NCBI GenBank assembly: GCA_003141835.1
Contig: PLNR01000009.1
Coordinates: forward strand, 72,307 to 136,306
Source: Candidatus Omnitrophota bacterium
Lineage (GTDB): Bacteria; Omnitrophota; Gorgyraeia; Pluralincolimonadales; Pluralincolimonadaceae
Length of the DNA stretch: 64,000 bases
Direction of reading: 5' to 3'
Notes under the pieces: model-generated
Told to the model about the DNA's origin: nothing
The model's database searches: none
The model's input: the letters and a program-made list of their open reading frames with translations, nothing else
Program-made: the position numbers and the translations under genes
Shown: positions 56,092 to 64,000 of the stretch, piece by piece
Layout: the number at the start of each line of letters is the position of its first letter
Position numbering within the stretch: position 1 is the stretch's first letter

Positions 56092-57378
56092 TTATACTAA
56101 AAGGGAATCGAGGTCTTTGAGGAAGTTGGGATATGACTTGGCGATGCAGGAGGTGTCGTCAATGACGGTGTCGCCCTTCGCCGCGAGGCCTGCGACGGCT
56201 ATCGACATCGCGGTCCTGTGGTCGCCGAAGCTCATCGCGGTTATGCCATTAAGCGCGCCGGTCCCCTCGATGACGATATCGTCGCCCTTCAGGTTGAACT
56301 TCGCGCCCATGTTCTTTAAGTTCGCGGCCATCGAGCTTATCCTGTCGGTCTCCTTGACCTTGAGTTCCTGAACGCCTTTTATTATCGTAATGCCTCTGGC
56401 GTAAGCGGCCGCGACCATGACAACGGGCAATTCATCTATCGAACGCGGGATGAGGTCCCCCTCTATGACCGCGCCGCGCAACTCGCTGCTCTCTATGGTT
56501 ATGTCGCCGACCGGCTCTGACGCTGCCTCCCTCGCATTTTCTATCGTGATCTTCGCGCCCATCTTATTGAGGATATCTATTATCCCGGTCCGCGTGGGAT
56601 TTACGCCGATCGACTTAAGCGTCACTGACGAATCCTTTACTATCGTCGCGGCAACCATGAAGAACGCTGCGGCGGATATATCTCCGGGGACATCTATATC
56701 CTGCGCGCGCAAATTCGCCCCGCCCTCGACCGATACCTTAAGCCCTTCGGCCGAGACACGCGCGCCGAACGCCTTGAGCATTCGCTCCGTATGGTCCCTC
56801 GACTTCGACGGCTCGGTGACAGAGGTCTTCCCGCCGGCGTAAAGCCCGGCTAGGAGGATCGCGGATTTGACCTGCGCGCTCGCGACCGGCGAAACATAAT
56901 CTATGGGTTTTAATTTCCCGCCGCGCACGGTTATCGGCGCGTAATCGGCGTTGTTCTTACCCTCGAATTTAGCGCCCATCAGGGAGAGCGGCTCGGTGAC
57001 GCGGCGCATCGGCCGCGCGGCCAATCCCTTATCAGCGGTCAAGGTCGCCGCGAAAGGCTGGCCTGCCAGGATGCCGAGGAGCAGGCGCATCGACGTGCCG
57101 GAATTGCGCATGAAAATCGGCCCTGAGGGTTCTTTTAGGCCTTTAATGCCGAGGCCTATTATGGTTATTTCATCAGGACTTTCTTTGATATCGATGCCGA
57201 GGGCGCGGAACGCCTCTATCGTGGTGAGGGTATCGTCTGAATGGAGTATATTCTTGATGACGCTCGTGCCGTTAGCGAGCGAGGCGAGCATAACGGCCCT
57301 GTGGGAGATGGACTTATCGCCGGGTAAAGCCAGGGATCCGCGCAATCTTTTTGCGGGTCTTATCGTGGCGGAGCTCAA
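56092..57378 (-). CDS. aroA: 3-phosphoshikimate 1-carboxyvinyltransferase
   Basis: PGDKSISHRA, NSGTSMR, SAQVKSA, RDHTE, KETDRI, DHR. Confidence 0.97.
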   Translation of the reverse strand: MSSATIRPAKRLRGSLALPGDKSISHRAVMLASLANGTSVIKNILHSDDTLTTIEAFRALGIDIKESPDEITIIGLGIKGLKEPSGPIFMRNSGTSMRLLLGILAGQPFAATLTADKGLAARPMRRVTEPLSLMGAKFEGKNNADYAPITVRGGKLKPIDYVSPVASAQVKSAILLAGLYAGGKTSVTEPSKSRDHTERMLKAFGARVSAEGLKVSVEGGANLRAQDIDVPGDISAAAFFMVAATIVKDSSVTLKSIGVNPTRTGIIDILNKMGAKITIENAREAASEPVGDITIESSELRGAVIEGDLIPRSIDELPVVMVAAAYARGITIIKGVQELKVKETDRISSMAANLKNMGAKFNLKGDDIVIEGTGALNGITAMSFGDHRTAMSIAVAGLAAKGDTVIDDTSCIAKSYPNFLKDLDSLLV

Positions 57379-57379
57379 C

Positions 57380-58150
57380 TTACATAGCTTTCGCTATGTC
57401 GCCCTCTTTGATCTCACCGCTGTCAGGCAGTATGTTGGCGGCCGACATCGTCTCGTATACCTTCTCGACCTGGGCCTTGGCGACAAGCTTGTTATTCCTG
57501 AAGACTCCGAATGTCACGCCCGGGGTTATGCCTTTATTGTTGCCCGCGGCGACGACTATAAAATTAAATTCCTTGTTTACTACGAGGACTTTGCCTTCGG
57601 CCTCAACGCCGGGCTTGACGACTATCTTGTCAAGCTCTACTTCCTTTTTCGCATTAAGGTCCTCTACCTGTTTTGAAAGGCTCTGGTTGGTGACCTGCAG
57701 GTCGTTAAGTTTCTTCTGGGCCGCGGCGTATTCCTTCTGTAATTTATCGAACTGGTCCTGGATGGCTGCGCGTCCGGTCTTCTCGCTCTCCCAATTCGTC
57801 TTCACTTCCTCTATCTCTTTATCCTTATCGGACAACTTGGCGAGGGCGCCTTCCTTGGCTTTCCTCTCGTCCGCGATCTGCGACGCGAGCTGCTCGGCCT
57901 TATCCTGTAATGAGGTCACCTTGCCCTTGAGGTCGGCAAGCTGGGACTCGAGATCGGTCTTGAGCTTTTTCTGCTCGTCGAGCTGCTTCTGCAGGTCATC
58001 CTTGTTGGCCTGTAGATCTTTTAGGGAATTCTCGGTTGCAATACGGGTTTTCTTTTCGGATTGGAGCCCGCTGAAAGTAACGAAAGAAAATGCCAGGAAT
58101 ACAACGCATAGGATCGCTAATAATATGACTATAAGCCGGAACGATTTCAT
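57380..58150 (-). CDS. Membrane-anchored coiled-coil protein with C-terminal beta domain
   Basis: N-terminal TM, long heptad repeat, GKVLVVNKEFNFIVV; AAGGAGG RBS. Confidence 0.75.
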   Translation of the reverse strand: MKSFRLIVILLAILCVVFLAFSFVTFSGLQSEKKTRIATENSLKDLQANKDDLQKQLDEQKKLKTDLESQLADLKGKVTSLQDKAEQLASQIADERKAKEGALAKLSDKDKEIEEVKTNWESEKTGRAAIQDQFDKLQKEYAAAQKKLNDLQVTNQSLSKQVEDLNAKKEVELDKIVVKPGVEAEGKVLVVNKEFNFIVVAAGNNKGITPGVTFGVFRNNKLVAKAQVEKVYETMSAANILPDSGEIKEGDIAKAM

Positions 58151-58182
58151 TTGTTCCTCCTTTTTAATTTCTATTGAAAAGT

Positions 58183-58211
58183 ATTATATAGAACCGGGCT
58201 TCAAAATGCAA
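58183..58211 (-). promoter_or_regulatory. Putative promoter for coiled-coil gene and aroA
   Basis: TTGCAT-17 bp-TATAAT. Confidence 0.65.
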
Positions 58212-59112
58212 GAGAAATATCTGGGCCCATTATATTTTTCATGTCATCCGGCAGGTCGGCCCTGAATTCCATCTCCCTGCCGTCCTTGGGATGGCGCAGC
58301 TTCAGGTAATACGAATGGAGCGCCTGCCTGGGGAATTTCCCTTTCGAGCCGTACTTCTCATCACCCAGCACGGGATGGCCGATGTAGGCCATATGGACGC
58401 GTATCTGGTGCGTCCTGCCGGTCTTGAGGTCCAGCTTGACAAGGGTGAAACCGTCAAACCTCTTTATGACCTTATATTCGGTCACGGCATTGCGCTCCGA
58501 GTCATGCCTGACCGCCATCTTCTGCCGGTTGCTCGGGTGCCTGCCGATGGGCAGGTCCACGACGCCGTTGTCCATCTCCACGACGCCCTTGACCAGGGCC
58601 AGGTAATTTTTCTTCACGACGCGGTCCTTGAACTGCCTCGCGAGTTCCGCATGGCTGGCGTTGTTCTTCGCCGCGACCATCACGCCGGAGGTGTCCTTGT
58701 CCAGGCGGTGGACTATGCCGGGCCTGCCCTCGTTCATGTCGGAAAGTTTCCTGCAGTGGAAAAGCAGGGCGTTTACTATCGTGCCGGAACGCGTGCCCGG
58801 CGCGGGATGGACGGCGATCCCCGGCTGCTTGTTTATCACTATCATGTCGTCGTCTTCGTAAATTATCTCAAGGGGAATATCCTCGGCCTTCAGTTCAGGG
58901 GACGCGGGCTCCTCAAACGAGACCTCTATCTTCTCACCGGGCTTGACCTTGTGGTGCGCTTTGGCCGGCTTGCCGTCGACGAGGATATGCCCGGCGCCGA
59001 TAAGTTTTTTCAGGTGGGAGCGCGAGACAGTCTCGGGCAAGACCGAAACGAGATATTGGTCGAGGCGCGCGGATCCCGCCTCCGGCCCTACTTCGAAGGT
59101 ATAATTTTCCAT
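58201..59112 (-). CDS. rluD: RluA/RluD pseudouridine synthase
   Basis: S4 domain RLDQYL, NKQPG, GIVHRLDKDTSG, TGRTHQIRVH; start set at MENYTF. Confidence 0.92.
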   Translation of the reverse strand: MENYTFEVGPEAGSARLDQYLVSVLPETVSRSHLKKLIGAGHILVDGKPAKAHHKVKPGEKIEVSFEEPASPELKAEDIPLEIIYEDDDMIVINKQPGIAVHPAPGTRSGTIVNALLFHCRKLSDMNEGRPGIVHRLDKDTSGVMVAAKNNASHAELARQFKDRVVKKNYLALVKGVVEMDNGVVDLPIGRHPSNRQKMAVRHDSERNAVTEYKVIKRFDGFTLVKLDLKTGRTHQIRVHMAYIGHPVLGDEKYGSKGKFPRQALHSYYLKLRHPKDGREMEFRADLPDDMKNIMGPDISLAF

Positions 59113-59810
59113 AATATCACCGCCGTAGCGAATACCACTATTGATACTGCCTGTGAGAAGGTCAATCCCATTACGGCGAGCATGTTGTCGCCGCGCAGGA
59201 ACTCGATGAAGAACCTGAAAACGGAATAAAGTATAAGGTACAGGAAGAGCGTCCTCCCGTTCGACGGTGCGCGCTTCCTTAATAGCAGGTATACGATAAA
59301 CATCGCGGCGGATTCGAAGAGCTGGGTCGGCAGTACCGCGCCCTGCTCCGGGTTGAAGACGACCCCTATTGGCAGCGATGTAGGCTTGCCGTAGCAGCAG
59401 CCGTTCAGGAAGCATCCTATGCGGCCGATCGCCTGGCCCAAGGCAATATACGGCATCAGGAGGTCCGCGGTCTTTAATACCGGCATCTTATACATACGCA
59501 GGAAGACGGCCCCGCTTATGACTGCCAGGATGAGCCCGCCGTACCAGACCAGGCCTCCCTCCCAGAGCTTGAATACATCCATCGGCCTGGATTTGAAATA
59601 ATCGAGGTCCAAAAGCACGAACATCAGCCTTCCGCCTATTACGCCGGATACGATAAGGGTGACCATGAGGTCGAGGATCTTCTCGCCGTCCATGCCGATG
59701 GCGGACGCGCGGCGTCTCGCCAGGAACGAGCATACCAGGAAAGCCAGCGCGAGCATCGCGCCGTATGAGTATACCGGAAAGCAGCCTGCCTTAAATAATA
59801 CGGGATGCAT
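59088..59810 (-). CDS. lgt: Prolipoprotein diacylglyceryl transferase
   Basis: MHPVLF, YSYG, GGRL, GGLVWYGG, GRIGCFLNG, PTQL, RFFIEFLR. Confidence 0.95.
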   Translation of the reverse strand: MHPVLFKAGCFPVYSYGAMLALAFLVCSFLARRRASAIGMDGEKILDLMVTLIVSGVIGGRLMFVLLDLDYFKSRPMDVFKLWEGGLVWYGGLILAVISGAVFLRMYKMPVLKTADLLMPYIALGQAIGRIGCFLNGCCYGKPTSLPIGVVFNPEQGAVLPTQLFESAAMFIVYLLLRKRAPSNGRTLFLYLILYSVFRFFIEFLRGDNMLAVMGLTFSQAVSIVVFATAVILWKIIPSK

Positions 59811-60255
59811 CTTCCCCCCTCAATATCATCACGAAAAGCAATACCGCCCCTATCGTTATGCAGGAATCAGCGACATTGAAGACCGGCCAAAAGTGCAGGT
59901 CTATGAAATCCACTACATGACCGAAACGGAGCCTGTCTATCAGGTTCCCTATCGCGCCGCCGAGTATCAAGGCGAAAGGCAGGTAAAGGGAGGGTTTCTT
60001 CTTTACCAGGTAGAAAATAGTGAACGCTATCGCTATGACGGAAATTGCCACGAAGACGGTGGTCTGGCACCTGAAGAGGCCGAAAGCGGCCCCGGTATTC
60101 TTGACGAGGGTGAAACTTACGATGGTGCCGATCGCGGGAATAGAACCTGCGGAAGTCAATTTCGTTATCGCTATCGCCTTGGTCACCTGGTCTATGATGA
60201 CTACCAAGGCGGCGATAATGAAGGGCGCTAGTCCCTTCCGCAGAAGGGGCAGCAT
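59791..60255 (-). CDS. lspA: Signal peptidase II
   Basis: DQVTK, NTGAAFG, GAIGNLIDR, VVDFI, FNVAD. Confidence 0.96.
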   Translation of the reverse strand: MLPLLRKGLAPFIIAALVVIIDQVTKAIAITKLTSAGSIPAIGTIVSFTLVKNTGAAFGLFRCQTTVFVAISVIAIAFTIFYLVKKKPSLYLPFALILGGAIGNLIDRLRFGHVVDFIDLHFWPVFNVADSCITIGAVLLFVMILRGEDASRII

Positions 60256-60650
60256 CAGATTATCTTCTTCTGCGGATCCTCTTTAGCCTGGCATTCGAGG
60301 CAAAGGCCGGCCCAGGGCATAGCGGAAAGGCGTTGTTTGGGTATCGGCTTTTCGCATTCGGTGCATATGCCGAAGGTCTTATCCTCGATGCGTTTGAGCG
60401 CCTCTTCTATGGCATAAAGTATCTTCTGCTGGACGTTCGTGGCGATGCCGAGCGAGAATTCCCTCTCGAAGCTGTCCGTAGCGACATCAGCCATGTGGAA
60501 AGAATAAGCCGACAGGTCGCCGGAGGCGTCCCTCTGCGACGTATTCAGGGAATCCTTCTGTACGCCGCGGACCTCTTTGAGCATCTCCTCTTTTTTCTTG
60601 AGGAGCATCTTCTTAAATTTTTCGAGCTCTTCTTTATCTAGCTTCATCAT
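60255..60650 (-). CDS. DksA/TraR C4 zinc-finger protein
   Basis: Coiled coil, HMADVA, ALKRI..FGICTEC..IP..RL..P..LCLEC; start set at MMKLDK. Confidence 0.88.
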   Translation of the reverse strand: MMKLDKEELEKFKKMLLKKKEEMLKEVRGVQKDSLNTSQRDASGDLSAYSFHMADVATDSFEREFSLGIATNVQQKILYAIEEALKRIEDKTFGICTECEKPIPKQRLSAMPWAGLCLECQAKEDPQKKII

Positions 60651-60652
60651 TA

Positions 60653-63430
60653 TTATTCTCCTTTTAATACCTTTGAACAGCGCCCGCAAAGTTCCGGATG
60701 TTCCGCGTCGCTTCCAACCTCTTTTTTGTACGTCCAGCACCTGCCGCATTTGCCTCCGGAGGCCTTATCCACGTAGATGCCCAGCCCTTCGGCTTCGAGC
60801 AACCCGTCTTTTCCCGCCGGCATTCCGCTTACTTCCTCCAGCCTGAAATCCGAGACCAGGAATACGGCGGCCAGCTCTTTCGCGAAATCATGCAGGAACC
60901 TGTATTTCCCGGCATCCTTTACATATAACGTGACGCTTGCTTCCATCGAATCGCCGATGACTGCCTTAGCCCTCTTCTCCTCTATCGCCTTCATTACGAA
61001 AGGCCGCAGGGCGAAGATCTTCTCCCATTTCTCCTCAAGGGACCTGTCTATGTATCCCTCTTTGGGCTCGGGCCAAAGCGAGGCGTGTATGCACGATTCC
61101 GGGTCGTCGCGCTTCATCTTCTGCCATATCTCGTCGGCAGTGAATGGCGCGACCGGCGCGAGGACTTTCGCCAGGACCGACACTATCTCATAGATAGCGG
61201 CCTGGCACGACCTCCGCTCTTTCGAGTTCGGCGCATAAGTATACAACCTGTCCTTTGATACGTCAAGATAAAAACTGGAAAGCTCGACGGTGCAAAAATT
61301 ATACAGCGCGCGGAAGACCTTGTGGAACTCGAACGCGTCATAATAACCCGCGGCTTCCGCGGCAAGCGAATATGCCTTCGAGACCGCCCATTTATCCACC
61401 TCGAGCAGGTCCTTGTGCGCGAGCCTGTCTTTATTCGGGTCGAAATCGAAAAGATTTCCCAGTATGAAGCGCGCTGTGTTCCTGATCTTGCGGTACGCCT
61501 CTGAAGTGCGCTCGATTATCTCTTTCGATATCCTTATATCCTCGTAGTAATCGCACGATGCGACCCACATCCTCAACACGTCTGCACCGTGCGTCTTTAT
61601 CACGTCCTGCGGTGAGATGGTGTTGCCCAGCGATTTCGACATCTTCCTGCCTTCGCCGTCGACAACGAACCCGTGCGTCAGGACGTTATTGAACGGAGGC
61701 CTGCCCTCTATGGGCATCGAGGTCAGTATCGCCGCCTGGAACCACCCGCGGTGCTGGTCGCTGCCTTCAAGATAAAGGTCGGCCGGGAACGCTAGCTCTT
61801 TCCTGCTCCTTAATACGGACTGGTGGCTGACGCCGGAATCGAACCAGACGTCGAGTATATCTTCTTCCTTCCTGAATTTCTTGCCTTTACATTCCGGGCA
61901 CTCGAACCCGCCAGGCAACAGCTCTTCCGCGGGCTTGCTGAACCAGACGTTCGAGCCATCAACCTCCATCAGCCCTGCGATATGGTTTATCACTTTGGTG
62001 TCGAGTATGGGTTTCTTGCACGACTCGCAATAGAATGCGGGTATGGGAACCCCCCAGTACCTCTGGCGCGAAAGGCACCAGTCAGGCCGGTTCTCTATCA
62101 TCGCCGAGATCCTGTTCTCGCCGACAGCAGGGACCCATTTCACTTTCTTTACTTCTTCGAGCGTTTTCTTCCTCAAAGAATTGTGGTCGACGTTTATGAA
62201 CCACTGGACGGTGGCCCTGAAGATGACAGGCTCCTTACACCTCCAGCAATGCGGATATGAATGCGAGATCGTCCCGCTGCTGAGAAGCGCACCGTCTTTC
62301 CTTAATCTCTCTAATATGGGTTCGTTGGCCTTGAAGACATGCATGCCGGCGAATTCCCCGGCCGTCTTGTCGAAGATTCCCCTCTCGTCGACAGGCATTA
62401 TCGTCGGCAGGCCGTATCTCTGCCCGGTAAGATAATCTTCCATGCCGTGGCCCGGCGCTGTGTGGACGCATCCTGAGCCTTCCTCGTTCGATACATAATC
62501 CGCGAGGACAACTTTTCCTTCCCTCTCGATGAACGGATGCTTATATGTTATCCCCTCAATGTCTTTCCCTTTTACCGTGGAGATGACTTTATAGTCTTTA
62601 AAGCCGGCCTTCTCCGCGACTGATCCGAGAAGGTCCTTCGCGAGGATATAATGTTCGCCGTTCGCCTCGATCGTCACGTAATCGAGCGACGGATGGACTG
62701 CGACCGCGACATTCGCGACCAACGTCCACGGCGTAGTCGTCCAGATGATGAGATGATCCTCGCCGCCTTTTACTTTGGGACCGGTCATCTTGAATCTGAC
62801 GAATACGGACGGGGATGCATGGTCCGCGTATTCGACCTCGGCCTCGGCTAAAGCAGTCTCGCAGCGCACGCACCAGTTGACCGGCTTTACGCCTTTATAG
62901 ACATAACCGCCTTCGACGAGCTTGCCGAACGAGCGGATGATGCCGGCGACATATCCGGGCTTGAGCGTAAGATACGGGTCATCCCAGTCGCCGAATACCC
63001 CCAGGCGTTTAAATTGTTCCTTCTGGGTGCCGACAAATTTGAGCGCGTAATCGGCCGCTTTCTTCCTGAACTCAAGCTGGCCTATCTGGCCCTTCGATAT
63101 CTTGAGCTCCTTAAATAAAGCGTGCTCGACCGGCAGCCCGTGGCAGTCCCAACCCGGGACATACGGCGAATCGAACCCGCGCATCGTCTTATATTTTACG
63201 ACTATGTCCTTGAGCGTCTTATTGAGCGCGTGGCCGATATGGATGTCGCCGTTAGCGTACGGTGGTCCGTCATGCAGGATATACTTCGGTTTCCCGGCGA
63301 ATTTCTTCCTGATGCGGCCGTATATATCATTCTCCTGCCAGGATTTCAGCATCTCAGGCTCCCTCTTGGGGAGGTCGGCCTTCATCGGGAAATCGGTCTT
63401 CGGCAGATTTAACGTGTCTTTATAATTCAT
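60653..63430 (-). CDS. ileS: Isoleucine--tRNA ligase
   Basis: [45 protein letters not shown]-terminal zinc finger. Confidence 0.98.
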   Translation of the reverse strand: MNYKDTLNLPKTDFPMKADLPKREPEMLKSWQENDIYGRIRKKFAGKPKYILHDGPPYANGDIHIGHALNKTLKDIVVKYKTMRGFDSPYVPGWDCHGLPVEHALFKELKISKGQIGQLEFRKKAADYALKFVGTQKEQFKRLGVFGDWDDPYLTLKPGYVAGIIRSFGKLVEGGYVYKGVKPVNWCVRCETALAEAEVEYADHASPSVFVRFKMTGPKVKGGEDHLIIWTTTPWTLVANVAVAVHPSLDYVTIEANGEHYILAKDLLGSVAEKAGFKDYKVISTVKGKDIEGITYKHPFIEREGKVVLADYVSNEEGSGCVHTAPGHGMEDYLTGQRYGLPTIMPVDERGIFDKTAGEFAGMHVFKANEPILERLRKDGALLSSGTISHSYPHCWRCKEPVIFRATVQWFINVDHNSLRKKTLEEVKKVKWVPAVGENRISAMIENRPDWCLSRQRYWGVPIPAFYCESCKKPILDTKVINHIAGLMEVDGSNVWFSKPAEELLPGGFECPECKGKKFRKEEDILDVWFDSGVSHQSVLRSRKELAFPADLYLEGSDQHRGWFQAAILTSMPIEGRPPFNNVLTHGFVVDGEGRKMSKSLGNTISPQDVIKTHGADVLRMWVASCDYYEDIRISKEIIERTSEAYRKIRNTARFILGNLFDFDPNKDRLAHKDLLEVDKWAVSKAYSLAAEAAGYYDAFEFHKVFRALYNFCTVELSSFYLDVSKDRLYTYAPNSKERRSCQAAIYEIVSVLAKVLAPVAPFTADEIWQKMKRDDPESCIHASLWPEPKEGYIDRSLEEKWEKIFALRPFVMKAIEEKRAKAVIGDSMEASVTLYVKDAGKYRFLHDFAKELAAVFLVSDFRLEEVSGMPAGKDGLLEAEGLGIYVDKASGGKCGRCWTYKKEVGSDAEHPELCGRCSKVLKGE

Positions 63431-63477
63431 CCCGCACCTTTCTTTAATTCAAACCGCACCTTAATAAGGTGCGGGGT
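63431..63477. repeat. Three-arm repeat (two direct, one inverted) upstream of ileS
   Basis: cccgcacctt 63431-40, ccgcacctt 63454-62, aaggtgcggg 63466-75. Confidence 0.8.
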
Positions 63478-64000
63478 TCATATCTTCTCTATCAGTTTAC
63501 AGATCAGTTTAGTCAATTTCGGTTCGGCTTCGTTTGCAGTCTTTATTATCTCATCTATATTGCACGGCTTGAGGGTTTCGGGGAGGCATACGTCCGTGAT
63601 TACGCTCGCGCCGAAGATCCGCAATCCCGCGTGCCTTGCGACAATGACTTCCGGTACGGTCGACATCCCGACCGCGTCCGCGCCGATCACCTGGAAGAAC
63701 TTATACTCGGCGCGCGTCTCGAGGTTGGGGCCGCTGACGCCGATATAAATACCTTTGTGCATCCTTATCTTCTCTTCCTTGGCGACCTGCTCGGCCAGTT
63801 TGATAAGCTCCGGGTCGTAGAGGTCGCAGAAATCAGGGAACCTGGGCCCGAGGGATTCGTCGTTCGGCCCTATCAACGGGTTGACACCGGTGAAATTTAT
63901 GTGGTCGGATATCGCCATGAGGTCGCCGGCCTTGTAGCCCGGATTCATCCCGCCAGCCGCGTTCGAGACGATGAGTATCTTCGCTCCGAGAGCCTTTACC
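63478..64000 (-). CDS. Purine-nucleoside phosphorylase (3' part)
   Basis: [38 protein letters not shown]. Confidence 0.93.
   Translation of the reverse strand, partial: VKALGAKILIVSNAAGGMNPGYKAGDLMAISDHINFTGVNPLIGPNDESLGPRFPDFCDLYDPELIKLAEQVAKEEKIRMHKGIYIGVSGPNLETRAEYKFFQVIGADAVGMSTVPEVIVARHAGLRIFGASVITDVCLPETLKPCNIDEIIKTANEAEPKLTKLICKLIEKI

Noticed and set aside
58201-60749. Long N-terminal extensions of rluD and the dksA-like gene
   Set aside because: They overlap lgt and ileS in other frames; downstream starts fit family lengths.
63431-63477. T-box riboswitch for ileS (also considered for argS)
   Set aside because: Intergenic spaces are too short (under 65 nt) and lack the T-box consensus.
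336-63748. Numerous long plus-strand ORFs antisense to genes
   Set aside because: Shadow ORFs from GC-rich codon bias; no recognisable motifs.
1-64000. CRISPR array, tRNA, rRNA, transposase
   Set aside because: No regularly spaced repeats, cloverleafs or transposase motifs seen by eye; intergenic space is largely accounted for.

Overview
64 kb of GC-rich bacterial chromosome, almost entirely minus-strand and gene-dense. The gene order and multiplicity of type IV pilus ATPases suggest a PVC-type lineage such as Ca. Omnitrophota (inference only). Housekeeping content: larBC, tsaD, ctpA, gatCAB, rsmA, pdxA, surA/prsA, a short mfd, argS, rsfS, nadD, proBA, obgE, rpmA/rplU, RNase E/G, mreBCD-mrdA-rodA, aroA, rluD, lgt, lspA, dksA-like, ileS and pnp. 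There are two type IV pilus loci with four PilB-like ATPases, arranged as two tandem pilB-pilB-pilC modules. The large locus (about 31.8-48.6 kb) splits a normally adjacent radical-SAM gene pair. No rRNA, tRNA, CRISPR, transposase or integrase was seen. The most unusual signals: (1) a family of about 200-bp folded intergenic elements (19.9 kb, 55.7 kb, 55.9 kb, possibly 27.8 kb) sharing a fixed-spacing core CGAGCGGGC...GCGAGAGCGAG with a short variable segment, between long inverted arms that differ between members; (2) a bactofilin-HTH fusion coupled to a membrane-anchored HTH protein, a candidate DNA-tethering system; (3) a perfect palindrome inserted in-frame in a gene with a 7-bp direct repeat; (4) two AT-rich orphan genes, each preceded by a copy of a hairpin repeat (cassette-like); (5) a three-arm switchable hairpin over the ileS ribosome-binding site. 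All calls are by eye; no database searches were run.
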